A DNA stretch of 64,000 nucleotides. It comes from Hypanus sabinus. Taxonomy: Eukaryota. The notes under the pieces were generated by a model. That model did no database searches, had not been told where the DNA came from, and worked only from the letters and a program-made list of their open reading frames with translations. The position numbers and the translations under genes were made by a program. The DNA is taken from positions 20,460,001 to 20,524,000 of the forward strand of contig NC_082727.1 of assembly GCF_030144855.1 (NCBI RefSeq), written 5' to 3'. Of the stretch, positions 51,241 through 63,619 are shown piece after piece. Each line of letters begins with the position of its first letter. The first letter of the stretch is position 1.

Positions 51241-51580
51241 GGCTGATTTATACTAGTGCGTCGCATGTACGCCGTAAGGTGACGCGGACATCCCCCGTCG
51301 CGGCGACAGCTGTGATTGGTCCGCTTGGTAGCATCGCATTTCCGGTTGCTGCTTCTCCGCCACGTGCGGGAAGTGTTCGTACCCCGATGCGAGGTAGATG
51401 AACTAAATCGTCAAGTCCACCTGCCGACGTGCGAAAGCGTTTGAAATGCATTTCCTCGTCCATGTCTCTCACGAGGAAACTCAACACAGTGGCATAGAAA
51501 CCCCACCGCCAACTAGCGTTTTGGCGCACACAACGCATGTCCGCTACGGCGTAGCCCGTACGCACAAGTATAAATCAGCC
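51241..51580. mobile_element. MITE, 340 bp, possibly PIF/Harbinger-type
   Basis: TIR GGCTGATTTATACT(A/T)GTGCGT, 20/21 match; right flank TTA; CpG-rich interior. Confidence 0.85.
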
Positions 51581-51688
51581 TTAACTCGAGCCTTCCAGAC
51601 CAGGCAACGATTTTCTCTGAACCGTCCCTAGATTAAACGCATCTGATGACTACCTTCGGCTGTTTGGCTTGGGTGAAGGTGGTGTTAC

Positions 51689-51849
51689 CTGAAAGTTGTC
51701 AGGGTTCTGCCTGGTGTAGAGCAGGAAACGGGTGCTGATTGTCTCAGGGCTCCAGGGGTCCCTGGTAACGGGTCTTTCCTTGATCCCTGTCCATGGGTAT
51801 CCAAGGGGGAAACAGCCCAGTCTATTGTAGCATATTTCATCCGGTTCAC
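51689..51849 (-). CDS. Pancreatic lipase-like gene, coding exon 2
   Basis: GEPDEICYNRLGCFPLGYPWTGIKERPVTRDPWSPETISTRFLLYTRQNPDNFQ; 161 nt. Confidence 0.95.
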
Positions 51850-53195
51850 CTGCCAACACTGAGACACAATGAAGTGCAGTCACTGGGTGACGAAGGAGCT
51901 CTCCCGTACGCCTGTCACACCGCAACCGTACCTAGCTGATTACATCTTGATGCCCAGGCTCCCAAATCAAGACCCTAACCTTCATTCGGCCTTCACAGAT
52001 GCTGCCCGACTCGCTGAGTTCATCCAGCAGTTTGCTGTCCACTCCAAATTCCAGCACCTGCAGTGCCCTGTGTCTCCGAACTTGCACAGTTGCTGTTGAG
52101 AGACCCTCTGCAATTCCCTTTGTTACCCCAACTCTATAGCCATCACTATTCCCCCTTGTTCTACCCTCCAGATCCAAAACTTTGCTCCCTAACATATCCG
52201 ATCTGGTCCCATGTTCGGACACATTCCCATTTCTGCCTCTGACCTTCATCAGCTTTTGAATTCAGTTCACATTTTAAAATGGTATCCTGTAAAACTCTGC
52301 TGGAATATTGAGTTCAGTCGGGTCCCCTTATTATAGGAAGAATGTGGATGCTTTAGAGAGGGCGGAGAGGAGATCTATTAGGCTGCTGCCTGGATTAGAG
52401 AGCATCTTTTGTGAGGAGTGGTTGAACATGCTGGGGATCTTTACTTTGGGGTGAAGGAGGATGAGAGACGACTTGGTAGAGGTGTATGGGATGTTAGGAG
52501 ACATAGAGTGGACAGTAACCACCTTTTCCCAGAGTAGAAACGGCTAATATGAGAGAGAATAATTTTAAGGTGACTGGAGGAAAGTATGGGGGGGTGGGAA
52601 TAGCTGTGTTTATATAGAGGACATCGTTTTTTAATAGAGTGTGAATGGAAAGAGCATGGAACACACTGTCAGGGGTATAGTGGTGGAGGCAGATACATTA
52701 GTGACATTTTTAAGAGACTCTTAGATAAGCACGTGGATGAAAGAACAATGAAGATCAATGCAGGAGGGAAGTGTTAGATTGATCATGTTGGTCAGCACAA
52801 CATTGCGGGCCAAAGGGTCTACTGTGCTATAAGTTCTATGTTCCATATCCCCTGTTTCCTATCCCCCATGCTTCCCCATTTCCCTGCCATTGTCCCCTCC
52901 AGCAACCTTAAAACAAATCTCTGCCTGACTCTAATTCTCACCTCCTGACCTCCTCCAATTTATCTCCCTTGAGCTAGGTTCCGAGCTCTGGAATTCTCCT
53001 CCTGATCCTCCTCTGATTCTCTCTACTCCATGAGGGCATCCCTTAAAGCCTATTTCTGCCTTTATTTCACTACTTGATTCAATTACATTTTATCTATGAA
53101 TGCAAGCCCACCCATAATGCAGGGGGAACACCATATCTCTCAGTTGAAACACCGAAGGAACCAAACCATTAACAAAATGTTTTCTGGTCAGTTAC

Positions 53196-53244
53196 CTTCG
53201 GCTTTGGTGAGAAGGAAAGTGATAGGGATCCACAGACTCAGCAT
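53196..53244 (-). CDS. Pancreatic lipase-like gene, coding exon 1 (signal peptide)
   Basis: MLSLWIPITFLLTKAE(G); acceptor tttctctttcAG directly before the ATG; donor G|GTAAC; phase matches the next exon. Confidence 0.88.
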
Positions 53245-53999
53245 CTGAAAGAGAAATGCAGCTGCTTCAAACACTCCTATGGAGTGAAGGATTTTTAAAA
53301 TGCTCACACTGACAATAACTTAAACCATGGGATTGTGTTCTCTGGAGAGAGGAAACTCTGCAAAAACAAGCTTTTCCAAAGGCTGGATGAGCTGAGTATG
53401 AGGGATTTCCCTGCGTGGCAAGTCTAGGACATGGGGAACATAGTCTGAGAACAGGCAGCTGCTTAATATAGAGATAAGGAAGTTCTTCACTCAGAGCCAG
53501 TGAAACTTTGGATTTCTCTCCCAGGAGGAAGGTCATGGAGGCTGAACTTACTCCAGCTGGAGATCAATAGACCTCTGAATATTGATGGAGTCAATGCAGG
53601 GGGGTGGCGCCATGGTAGATCAGCCAAGATAAGATGTCTGGTGGGACAGATTTATGGGCCAGGCATGTCATCCTGTTCCCAGTTCCTTCTGCCCCACTAC
53701 TGGATAGGTGGCGTCATCTGTGAGCCAGATGTTGAATCTGATCCCACCTATCTTTCAGGAAGAAGATCCCAGATCACATCGCATTGCATTAAACCTGTCT
53801 CCACGTGATTGCTTTATCCCCTCAGATCCACTCCATTGTACCTGTGGGGAAGGGATGATGGGTTGAGGGAGGAGAGCATGTGGCAGGGCAAGCTGGGAAG
53901 GCTTTACCCAAAAGCCTCCTGAGCTGGGGAATTACAGTTTTGATGGGGGGCACATAAGATTATTTTCCTTTGGAACACAAGAAGATGAGAGGAGAGTTA

Positions 54000-56285
54000 A
54001 TCTAATTGGTAGGAGGTAAAGAGTGAAAATAAATGGAACCTTTTCTGATTGGCCACCACTGACTCGTGGTGTTCCACAGCAATCAGTGTTAGGACCCCAA
54101 TTTTTACATTGTATGTCAATGATTTGGATGATGGAATTGGTGGCTCTGAGGCCAGGTTTGCAGGTGATACAAAGATAGGTGGAGGGGCAGATAGTGTTGA
54201 GAAAGCAGGGAAATTACAGAAGGACTTAGACAGATTAGCTGAATGGCAAGGAAGTGTCAGTTGGGAAGTGTATGGTCATGCACTTGGTAGAAGGAATAAA
54301 AATGTAGACTATTTTCTAATCAGGGAGAAAATTCAAAAGTCAAAGGTGCAAAGGGACTTGGGAGTCCTCACGAATGATTCCCTAAAGGTTGATTTGCAGG
54401 TTGGGTCAATGGAGTGAAAGTTAAATATAATGTTAGCATTCATTTCAAGAGTTAATAGATGCTGTTTGCTTGGATTTTCAGAAGGCCTTTGACAAGGTGC
54501 CACACAGTTAAGAGCCAATAGTACTGTATTGTAGGACAGATGCTAGTATGGATAGCGGATTGGTGGGAGAGAGAGAGGGAATAAAGGAGCCTTTTCTGTT
54601 TGGCGTCGGTGGACTAGTGGTGTTTGCAGTGGTCGGTGTTGTGACTGCTTCTTTTCACGTTACACGTCAATGAGTTGGATGACAGAATTGATGGCTTTGT
54701 GGCCATGTTTGTGGGTGATACGAAGACAGACAGGGGCAGGTAGAGTTGAGGAAGCAGGGTGTCTGCAAAAGCATTTAGACAGATTGGGAGAACGGGAAAA
54801 AAAGTGGCAGATGGAATATAATGTAGGGAAGTGTATGGTCAGGAAGTTTGTTGGAAGGAATATAGCCATAGTCTATTTTCTAAAGAATCAGAGGGTGCAA
54901 AGAGTCCTGAGGCGGGATTCCCTAAACTTGTAGGTTGAATCAGTGGGAAGGAAAGCAAATACAAAGTTCACATTAATTTCAAGAGGTCTAGCAAATAAAA
55001 GCAAGAACGTAATGTGGAGGTTTTGTAAGACATTGGTCAGTCTGCACGGAGTATTGTGAGCAGTTTTGAGCCCCTTATTTAAGAAAGGATGTATCGACAT
55101 TGGATGGGGATCAGAGGAGGTTCACGAGAATGATTCTGTGAATGAAAGACTTACCATATGAGGAGTGTTTTTTGGCTCAGAGTGTTTACTTACTGGAATT
55201 TCATTGAAACCTTTTGAATGTTGAAAAGCTTAGATAGAGTGGATGTGGAGAGGTGAGGGGGATTCTAGAACCAGAGGGCTCAGCCCCAGAATAGAAGGAA
55301 ACTCATTTAGAATGGAAATGAGGAGGAATTTCTTGGATGTACTTGTGATAAATAAAGCTAATGCTTATCTTTATACTTCCCTCCCGTCCTTCCAGAGTTA
55401 ACCAGCCCTCCAGTGGGGAAGTAGGTCTTCCTTCTTCATGCTGCCAGGGATCCTCATTACCTCATAATCTTTGATAATTTCTTCCCTCAGAATGTTGGCT
55501 TCAAAGATCTCTCTTACTCTGTGGAGCCCTCCAGAATCAGCCACATCCAATAATGCCCCCCCCCCCCCCCCGCACTCTCTCCAGGGTGTCCCATCCTTCC
55601 TGTAACATGGTGATTGGAGACATAGAGCACTACATCACGAAAACAAGCCACCCTGGCCCATCTGGTCAGAGCCAAACTCTGCTAAATCCCATCGATCCAT
55701 AACCATACCATAACCCTCCATACCCCTCCTATCCATGTAGATATACAGAATTCTTCTAGATGTTGAAACCAAACCCATGTCTATCACTTGTGGAAGTGTG
55801 GAATGCGGGCGGCTCATTCCTCACTCTCAGCACTCTTTGAGTGAAGAAGTTCTCCATAAACATTTCACCTTTCACCCTTAAATCATGGTTGGTAGTTCGA
55901 GTCTTACCCAACCTCGATGGAAAAAGCCTGCTTGTATTTACCCTATTTATACCACTTATAAATTTATCAACCTCTTTCACATCTCCATTCGGTCTCCGAC
56001 ACTCCAGGGAATAAAGTCCCAACCTATTCAGCCTTTCCCCATAACTCAGGTTCTCAAGTCCTGGCAACGTCCTTGTAACTCTTCTCTGAACACTTTCACA
56101 CTTTCAATATTACTGGTATCTTTCCTGTAGACAGGTGTTCAGAAGGGCACACAATACTCTCAACCAGTCCTCACCGATGTCTTATACGAATTCCGTAAAA
56201 CATTCCAACTCCTGTACTCAATACTTTGATTTATGAAGTTTAATGTGCCAACAACTCTCTTTACAACCGTGATGCCACTTCCATT
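54000..56285. mobile_element. Decayed CR1-like LINE copies (plus 54000-55335, minus 55620-56285)
   Basis: FTLYVNDLDDGI....RFAGDTKIGG and MPGLENLSYGERLNRLGLYSLE. Confidence 0.85.
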
Positions 56286-56521
56286 GAATTTTTGACTGAA
56301 CCGTTTATACAATTGTAGCATAACCTTCCACTGCCCCTTGTATTTTGTACCTTCCGCTGTTCCTTGCCCACCTTCTTAACCACCCCATCCACCAGCGAGA
56401 TGCCTCAGTTCCACGACGTTTCCTCCTGTCTGCCTGCCGTTGCTGCATCGGTGAGGCACACCCTCGAGTGTCCGCGAGTGGCTCACAGGGAGGGAACGGA
56501 ACGGTAAAGACAGAGACTCAC

Positions 56522-56610
56522 CTCTCACGGCTTTCAGTCCTGAGCGGGGCACTGCTGCTCTTATACCATCACAGTGACTGTGGCCCATGGCATGTGAAGG
56601 GTGCAGCTGG
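56522..56610 (-). promoter_or_regulatory. Probable lipase promoter and short non-coding exon 1
   Basis: Minus strand reads CAGCTG-CACCC-TTCACA (E-box plus TC-box-like), TATAAG at 56565-56560, then a consensus donor GAG|GTGAGT at 56522/56521. The acceptor before the ATG requires such an upstream exon. Confidence 0.65.
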
Positions 56611-59264
56611 ACGCTGAGAATGCCAAGCATGAAATCCAGATGCTCGGCTCCGTCTCTCCGACAAGGTCAGCTGATATGGGGAGAAAAACAAGCCCTGACC
56701 TTGGACTATAAACAAAACCTTGACTCTTTGTAACCAACTTGGGTTTCATCTCCTATAAATCTCCGTGATACCTGAGTAAATCTGTGGAGTGGTGGTCTCT
56801 CCTTCCTTGTTGGGGTTGATAGATGAGCCTGAGGCCTCCATCGGTCAGAGTTGATTGTAGATATTGCGTCCTAGCTGTCTAGATACACAAGCCTGGGCAG
56901 GACGATATGGAGAGCAAGCCTCAGCCCCCTCCCCCATGCATCTGATGAACCCAAATGAATGGCAGAGACCAGTACAGTTTGGTACCAGCAGCATCACAGG
57001 AGTTGCCAGTCAGCATTGAACTCAATGTAGGACTGCCCGAGGGACTCCAGCTCTGGATTTTTCCCATGAGGTTCACTCCCGAAGCCTTCCCCATGAGTGG
57101 GTTCAGCCACAAGACAGCCGAGGTTTGAGATCAGAGTTTTCCTGCTCCTAGCTGAGCCGCCAACCATGGCTGATGAGCCCCATCTGCCCAAAGCGACCGG
57201 TTTTAAGGCTCCAGTAACCCGCCTTTGCCCCTTCTCCTGTCGGTAGAAATGGTTCAGCCGGGTTCAGTAGCTAAGCCCCCCATGAAGACCAGGAGCTGGT
57301 TGTCGGAGGCTATTTGAGGCGTACATCATTTGGAGCATTTACTAGGTAGTGGAAGCTTGTTCCCATTACCATCCCTCTCCACCAGCTGTAACAACTCCAA
57401 GGATGGAGCACTGCTGTTGGCAATATCACCGTGACATGAGGTATACCTCTGAGCTATGGAAGTTTCCTGCCCCGTGTGATATAGCGGGATTCCCTGTCCC
57501 TGTAGAATATACTGGTGTACCCTGTCCCCTGTGCAATACATATGGGTTCCCTGTCCCTGACCGATAGATGCACGTGGTTACTCTATCCCTGCAATTCGCT
57601 GTAGTCTTCTTTGCTTGTGCAATATACAGGGGGTGCACATCCCTTTTGTGATACATTGCTCCACCTTATTCCTGTGTGAAGGTATATTGTTAAATTAGTA
57701 AATTCCAAGATTCAAAGTACATGTATTATCAAAGAACGTATAAATTATACAACCTTGAGATTTTTCTGCTCAAAGCAAGAAACCTGCGAAGAACCCATTT
57801 AAGAAACAAAGAAAAACCAATCCCCAATGTGCAGAGAAAGAGAGGGGGGGGGGGAGCACAAATCATCCAGACATTAGAAGCAAGCAACAATGGCATCCCA
57901 AACAAAACGGAGTTCTTAGATCCGAACCCCTGGAGCAGCCCAAAGCCTCAGTATTCAGTTCGTCGTACTAGCGGGGCAAATCACTGCAAAGTTCACAGAC
58001 ACGAAGCACGGCAGGCGGGGGTTGTCTCATAGCCCCAGTGTCGCGGAGAGAGGAGTGAAAATTGGTTTATTATTGTCATATGCAGTGAGGTGAAGTGAAA
58101 AGACTTCGTTACATCGGTACATTGAGGCAGTACGAGAGGAAACAATAACAGAATGCAGGATAAAGTGTTACAGAGGAAAGGCAGTGCAGGCCGACAATAA
58201 GGTGCAAGGCATAACGAGGTATTACTGGCAGCTTGGTGGTACACCAGTTAGTGGTGTTGTCTCATAAGTTCAGGAACCCAAGTTTGATGCCGACCCCAGG
58301 TCCGAACAGTGCCTCAGTGGCGGAGCTGATGGAAGATGATGACACATCACAGCAACAGTGAAGGTGGAGGGAGGCTGCAGCACTGAGGACTCCTCAGCCA
58401 TCTGGCACCAGACCCTGACCCCCATCTCTCAAGGACCACGTGGTGGCTGCCTGCGCATCAGCCTCCCAACCTTAGACAAAGTCACATACAGGTGTACTCC
58501 AATAAGGGAATAAACCCTTAGGGGAACATGATCCTTGGCTTCAGTTATCTCACTGCTACTACTCAGGTGCTGTCCATGTGGAGTTTGCCTGCTCTGATGG
58601 TGACGTTGCAGAATCTACCTATGCTTTAAATTTCTCCAACATCCCAACAATGCACTTCAGTTTAAAAAGGTTGTGCACTTTATCACAGAGTGGGTTATAG
58701 TGGCAAGAATCAGTGCTTAAAATAAGTATAGCGACAGTAAATACAATAGTACAAATTACATTCAGTTTTCATGTCAAGTTTATTGCCATATACTGTACAA
58801 GCCCATTTGTGCAAAGATGCAATGAAAAGGTTATTTGCATCAGCCTCACAGGCACACACATCATATAACTACATATATAGGAAAATATGAATGAAACAAA
58901 TTATATACAATATTTACAAGAAAAAAACACAATTAGAATGAGTTCCTTCAGCACTTGGAGTTGCTATATAAAATAGCCTATTTCAGTACAAAATGATGAA
59001 AGTGGTCATACTAAATGAACCGAATAGTTGAAGAGAAGTATTTTTCTTTGAACTTGGTGTATTTAAGATTTCACTACCTCGTGCTGAATGCCAGCTGCGA
59101 GAATAAGGCTCGGCCTAAATGGTGAGGATTTTTGATGATATTTGTTGCCAAGGCTTCTAACAACTTGCAACTGGGATGTGAAACACAGTTTGGCCTATAT
59201 GCTTAAAATCCCCAACACAATTTGATACTCTAGGATTCTCTCATCACCCTGAGCTACCAAGCAC

Positions 59265-60215
59265 ATCTTTCCCTCCCCCCCTTTCTGCTTTCCACAGGGA
59301 TCACTCCCTACGCAACTCCCTTGTCCATTTGTACCCCCCATCCCTTCCCACTGATCTCCCTCCTGGCACTTATCCTTGTAAGCGGAACAAGTGCGACACC
59401 TGCCCTTACCCTTCCTCCCTCACCACCATTCAGGGCCCCAGACAGTCCTTCCAGGTGAGGCGACACTTCACCTGTGAGTCGGCTGGTGTGATATACCGCG
59501 TCCGGTGCACCCGGTGTGGCCTTCTATATATTGGTGAGACCCGACACAGACTGGGAGACCATTTCACTGAATATCTACACTCCGTCCACCAGAGAAAGCA
59601 GGACCTCCCAGTGGCCACACATTTTAATTCCACAGCCCATTCCCATTCTGATATCTCTATCCATGGCCTCCTCTACTGTCAAGATGAAGCCACACTCAGG
59701 TTGGAGGAACAACACCTTATATGCCTTATATGGGTAGCCTCCAACCTGATGGCATGAACATTGAGTTCTCTAACTTCCATTAATGCCCCTCCTCCCCTTC
59801 TTACCCCACCCCTTATTTATTATTCCCCCCTTTTTTTTCTCTCTCTGCCCCTCTCACAATCACTCTTTGCCTGTTCTCCATCTCCCTCTGGTGCTCCCCT
59901 CCCCCCTTTTTTTCTCCCTAGACCTCCAGTCCCATGATCCTTTCCCTTCTCCAGCTCTGTATCCATTTTGCCAATCTCCTTTCCAGCTCTTAGCTTCACA
60001 TCTCCCAACCCCCCACCCGTCTTCTCCTATCATTTTGGATTTCCCCCTCCCCACTTTCAAATCTCTTACTATCTTATCTTTCAGTTAGTCCTAACGAAGG
60101 GTCTCGGTCCGAAATGTCGACTGTACTTCTTCCTATAGATACTGCCTGGCCTGCTGCGTTCCATCAGCATTTTGTGTGTGTTGCTTGAATTTCCAGCATC
60201 TGCAGATTTCCTCGT
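59265..60215 (+). mobile_element. Penelope-like retroelement 3' fragment (GIY-YIG endonuclease remnant plus tail)
   Basis: PCKRNKCDTC...FTCESAGVIYRVRCTRCGLLYIGETRHRL..HFTEY...PVATHFN...RLEEQHLI, then a pyrimidine-rich tract and hammerhead-like tail. Confidence 0.88.
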
Positions 60216-60504
60216 GCTTACAAAATCAGATTTATTATTATTGACATGCCACGAAATCTGTGTTTTTAAATAATGATTTGGTTTGGGGTATGACACTATT
60301 TGTATATTATTGGTGAACTTTTCCTGACCTTTCTCCATACCAAGTCTGACATGGGGGCCTGTCCCTTTAATTGATCGTCAAACTGTAAAGGAAGTTCGCT
60401 TCGGCCCTAACTATCGTAAAGAGTAGCGGGAACTGTGCCAGCACTACCGTAAAGCCGTTTCTATAAGTGTGGTCAGATGTCGTAAAAAGCGGCAGATGGT
60501 GAAA

Positions 60505-61097
60505 ATGGCGGCGGTGCCGGATCCGCCGAGTGACGGGCCGAGCCCGAGTCCCGCTGTCTCCGCGGCGCCCACCTCCACCCCCACTCCCGCCCCGGCCCCC
60601 GCCGTCGCCGCTGCTTCTCCGGCGCCCTCGCCGTCGCCCAGTCCGTCGCCAACGCTGGCGGTGAAGACGGAGACGGCGGAGAGCCCGGGGGAGGGAGGCA
60701 GGCCGGCGGCGGGTCCCGGCCCCGAGCTCAACGAGCGCCAGACCCTGCTCGCCGTGCTCCAGTTTCTGAAGAAGAACCGCTTCCGCGAGGCCGAGGAGAC
60801 ATTGCGGCGGGAGGCCAGCGTGCAGGATGCGCTGGACGACGCGCTGAGGACGGCCGGTCCCCGCGGCCCCGACTCCGTGCACCAGCCCGACGTCAGCTCG
60901 GTGCTGTCCGCCTACAGCAACCAGGGAGACCCCAGCCTCTACGAGGAGTACTACAGCGGCCTGAAGGCCTTCATCGAGGCGGCGCTGGACGCGCTGAAAG
61001 CCGAACTGGCCAGCCTGTTGTACCCGGTGTTCGTGCACCTATACCTGGAGCTGGTCTACAACGAACACGAACGTGAGGCCCGGCACTTCTTCCAGAG
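60505..61097 (+). CDS. TAF5: TFIID subunit 5, first coding exon (LisH and start of NTD2)
   Basis: aaaATGGCGGCG start in a CpG island (an in-frame ATG at 60496 is also possible); RQTLLAVLQFLKKNRFREAEETLRREA, QPDVSSVLSAY..QGDP..YEEYYSGLK, YPVFVHLYLELVYNEHE; donor AG|GTCAGC. Confidence 0.95.
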
Positions 61098-61864
61098 GTC
61101 AGCAAAGCCTCAATGTCTTACAAACCCCTTACCCGGAGCCCAAGCATGTCTGCCGCTTGTTCCACTGGACAACAATGGTGTATGGAACACTGTCAGCGTG
61201 TAAACCCATTCCTGGGGCCCAAACGAGTCTTGACACTTCAATATCTTAGCTATAGTACACAGTCTCACGGTGCGGTATGTGGAACACTGTGTCAGTGTTT
61301 AAATTCCTTACCGAGCATGAGTGGCGGCTCAGCAACACGTCACGGGTCAACGGTAGGGCACACAACCGTTTTCTGGAGGAACTCATTGGGTCGAACAGCA
61401 TCTGTGAGGGGAAAGCAACTGTCGGTAGTTCAGGCTGAAATCCTGCACTAGGACAGACAAGGTCCTGATGTAAGGCTTCAACCCAAAACAATCTGATCTA
61501 GCGCCTGGCACAGTGTGATGGGTAAATAACTTTGTGAAGCACAAAGAGGAGGCATAACATTTGTTCCACATCGAGAGTTAATGTAGTCTGGTGTCGGTGT
61601 TGCCTGTCTGCTTCTGTGTGAGGGTACACAGGCAGCTGGGAGTAGTTTCCAGCCTAGAACCCCTCCTGTTACTAGATCAAGCCCTTGCTCTGTGAATACA
61701 CACAGTGCTGGAGAAACTCAGGCCAGGCAACGTCTATAGGGGGAAATAAACAGTAAAGAAAGGGGAGGATGCCAGAATCAGAAAGTTGGGGGAAGGGAAG
61801 GACTACAAGCTGGCAGAGATGAATCATAAACACAGAGTTTGTGCAGATGCTGGAAATGCAGAGC

Positions 61865-61905
<41 letters not shown>

Positions 61906-62539
61906 AAAATGCTGGAGGAACTCGGCAGGTCACACAGCATCTATGGAAATGACGTTTCAGGCCAAGACCCTTCATCAGGACTCTTGATGCTGCCTGACCT
62001 GCTGAGTTTGTCCAGCATTTTGTATGTGCTACCAAGGTGATGGGGGAAGGCAGGTAGGTGAGGGAAGGGGAGATGAAGTGAGAAGCTGGGAGATGATAGG
62101 TGGAAATTATGTCTGCTTGAAAGTTAGGCACTTGGGCATTTTCCACTCCACAGTATGAAATTCCAGATCAGGGCCCCGTGGACAATTTCATCTGTAGCAG
62201 TCTTCAATACCGCTCAGTTATCATTGTTCAGTGACTCTTATGTAAGCATATGCAAAATAGAGATGGTTCCATTTCTAAAGGGGAAAACTGATATAATGGG
62301 AGCAAGTGAGGGGATTTCAATTACACCTCATTTAGGAAACATTTGGGAAGGACAATGCTTGTAAAGGAATCTTTATAAAGATGGGCTACCAAATCACCCC
62401 AGTTCCTATCCCTTTCTTGGTTAATTGATTCTGTTACACTGTAGCACTTAATGAGCCGTGATTTCATGCAGTGCACAACCTCACAAAGTTACATTTCCTA
62501 CAGTAGAATGCCTATTCCACCCCATTCTCCATTATTCCA

Positions 62540-62838
62540 GACAGTATTGGGCAGGGTGGAGATGCGTCTCTACCAAATGAGCTGTAAGGCGCTCCTTCCC
62601 TCTGCTAGTCTGCACACAATGTTAGGCACCTGCTTAGACCGCACCCGCCACCTGATCAGGGTCACCAGGCAGACAATCTCTGAAGAGTATTGATCATGGA
62701 TGGGGTCAACATCTTGGAAAGACACTGTCCAGAAGAAAGCAATGGCAAACCACTTCTGTAGAAACATTTGCCAAGAACAATCATGGTTGTGGAGACCATG
62801 ATCTCCCACATCATATGACACAGCACATGATGATGAAT
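62540..62838 (+). mobile_element. SINE-like element with RTE-type 3' tail
   Basis: gaagaaagcaatggcaaaccacttctgta...ttgccaagaa and (TGA)n end resemble RTE 3' termini. Confidence 0.5.
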
Positions 62839-63619
62839 ATTGAGAGGGGGACCTGGCAGAGAAGCGTGTTCCTAGAGTGAACTTGCTGCCTACTTTAGTA
62901 AGGTTGGGCATGCTTATCAGATAGATTAGTTTATAGCTGCTGGAATTTGTAAGAATGAGCAATGATGGGACACAATATTGCCATCTTTTGCACAATGGTG
63001 GTTGTCACTATTTATATATTTATCTTTATTTATAAATGCAGCACGGAATGAGCCCTTCCACACCCAGCGAGCTACACCACCCAGCAAGCCACCTATTTAA
63101 CCCTAGCCTAATCCCAGGAGAGTTTATAATAACCAGTTAATCTACTAACCAGTACATCTTTGGTGTGTGGGACGAATCTGGAGCACTCGGATGAAATGCC
63201 TTGAATCACAGGGAAAATGTACAAATTTCTTACAGACAGCATCGGAATTGAAATCCAAACTCTGATGCCCTGAGCTGTAATAACGTCACGCTATCATGGC
63301 GCCCCGTGTATAGTTTTTCATAAATTTGGTTGTATTTCGATTTATTTTCCTTAAGTATCTTGGAAATGAGTCTGTAGGTTGTGGAATCAGTTCAGAGTTG
63401 TGGTGAGTGAAGTTGTTCATGTCGGTTCAGGAGCCTGATGGTTGTAGGTTAATAATTTTTCCTGACGCTGGCGGTGTGGGACCTAAGGTTTCTGTACCTC
63501 CAGCTCAATGGAACTAATGAGAAGAGAGGATGGCCTGGATGATGGGGTTCTTGATTGCTGCTTTCTTGCTTAGTGCTCCTTGTAAATGCACTATTAACCT
63601 GGGACATGGTTTATTTCAG

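Noticed and set aside
56790-57420. Possible HDV-like ribozyme at an RTE-like repeat end (also 62540-62680)
   Set aside because: I could not assemble the nested double pseudoknot by eye; it needs a covariance-model search.
60367-61038. 223-aa antisense ORF over TAF5
   Set aside because: Shadow frame of GC3-rich coding sequence.
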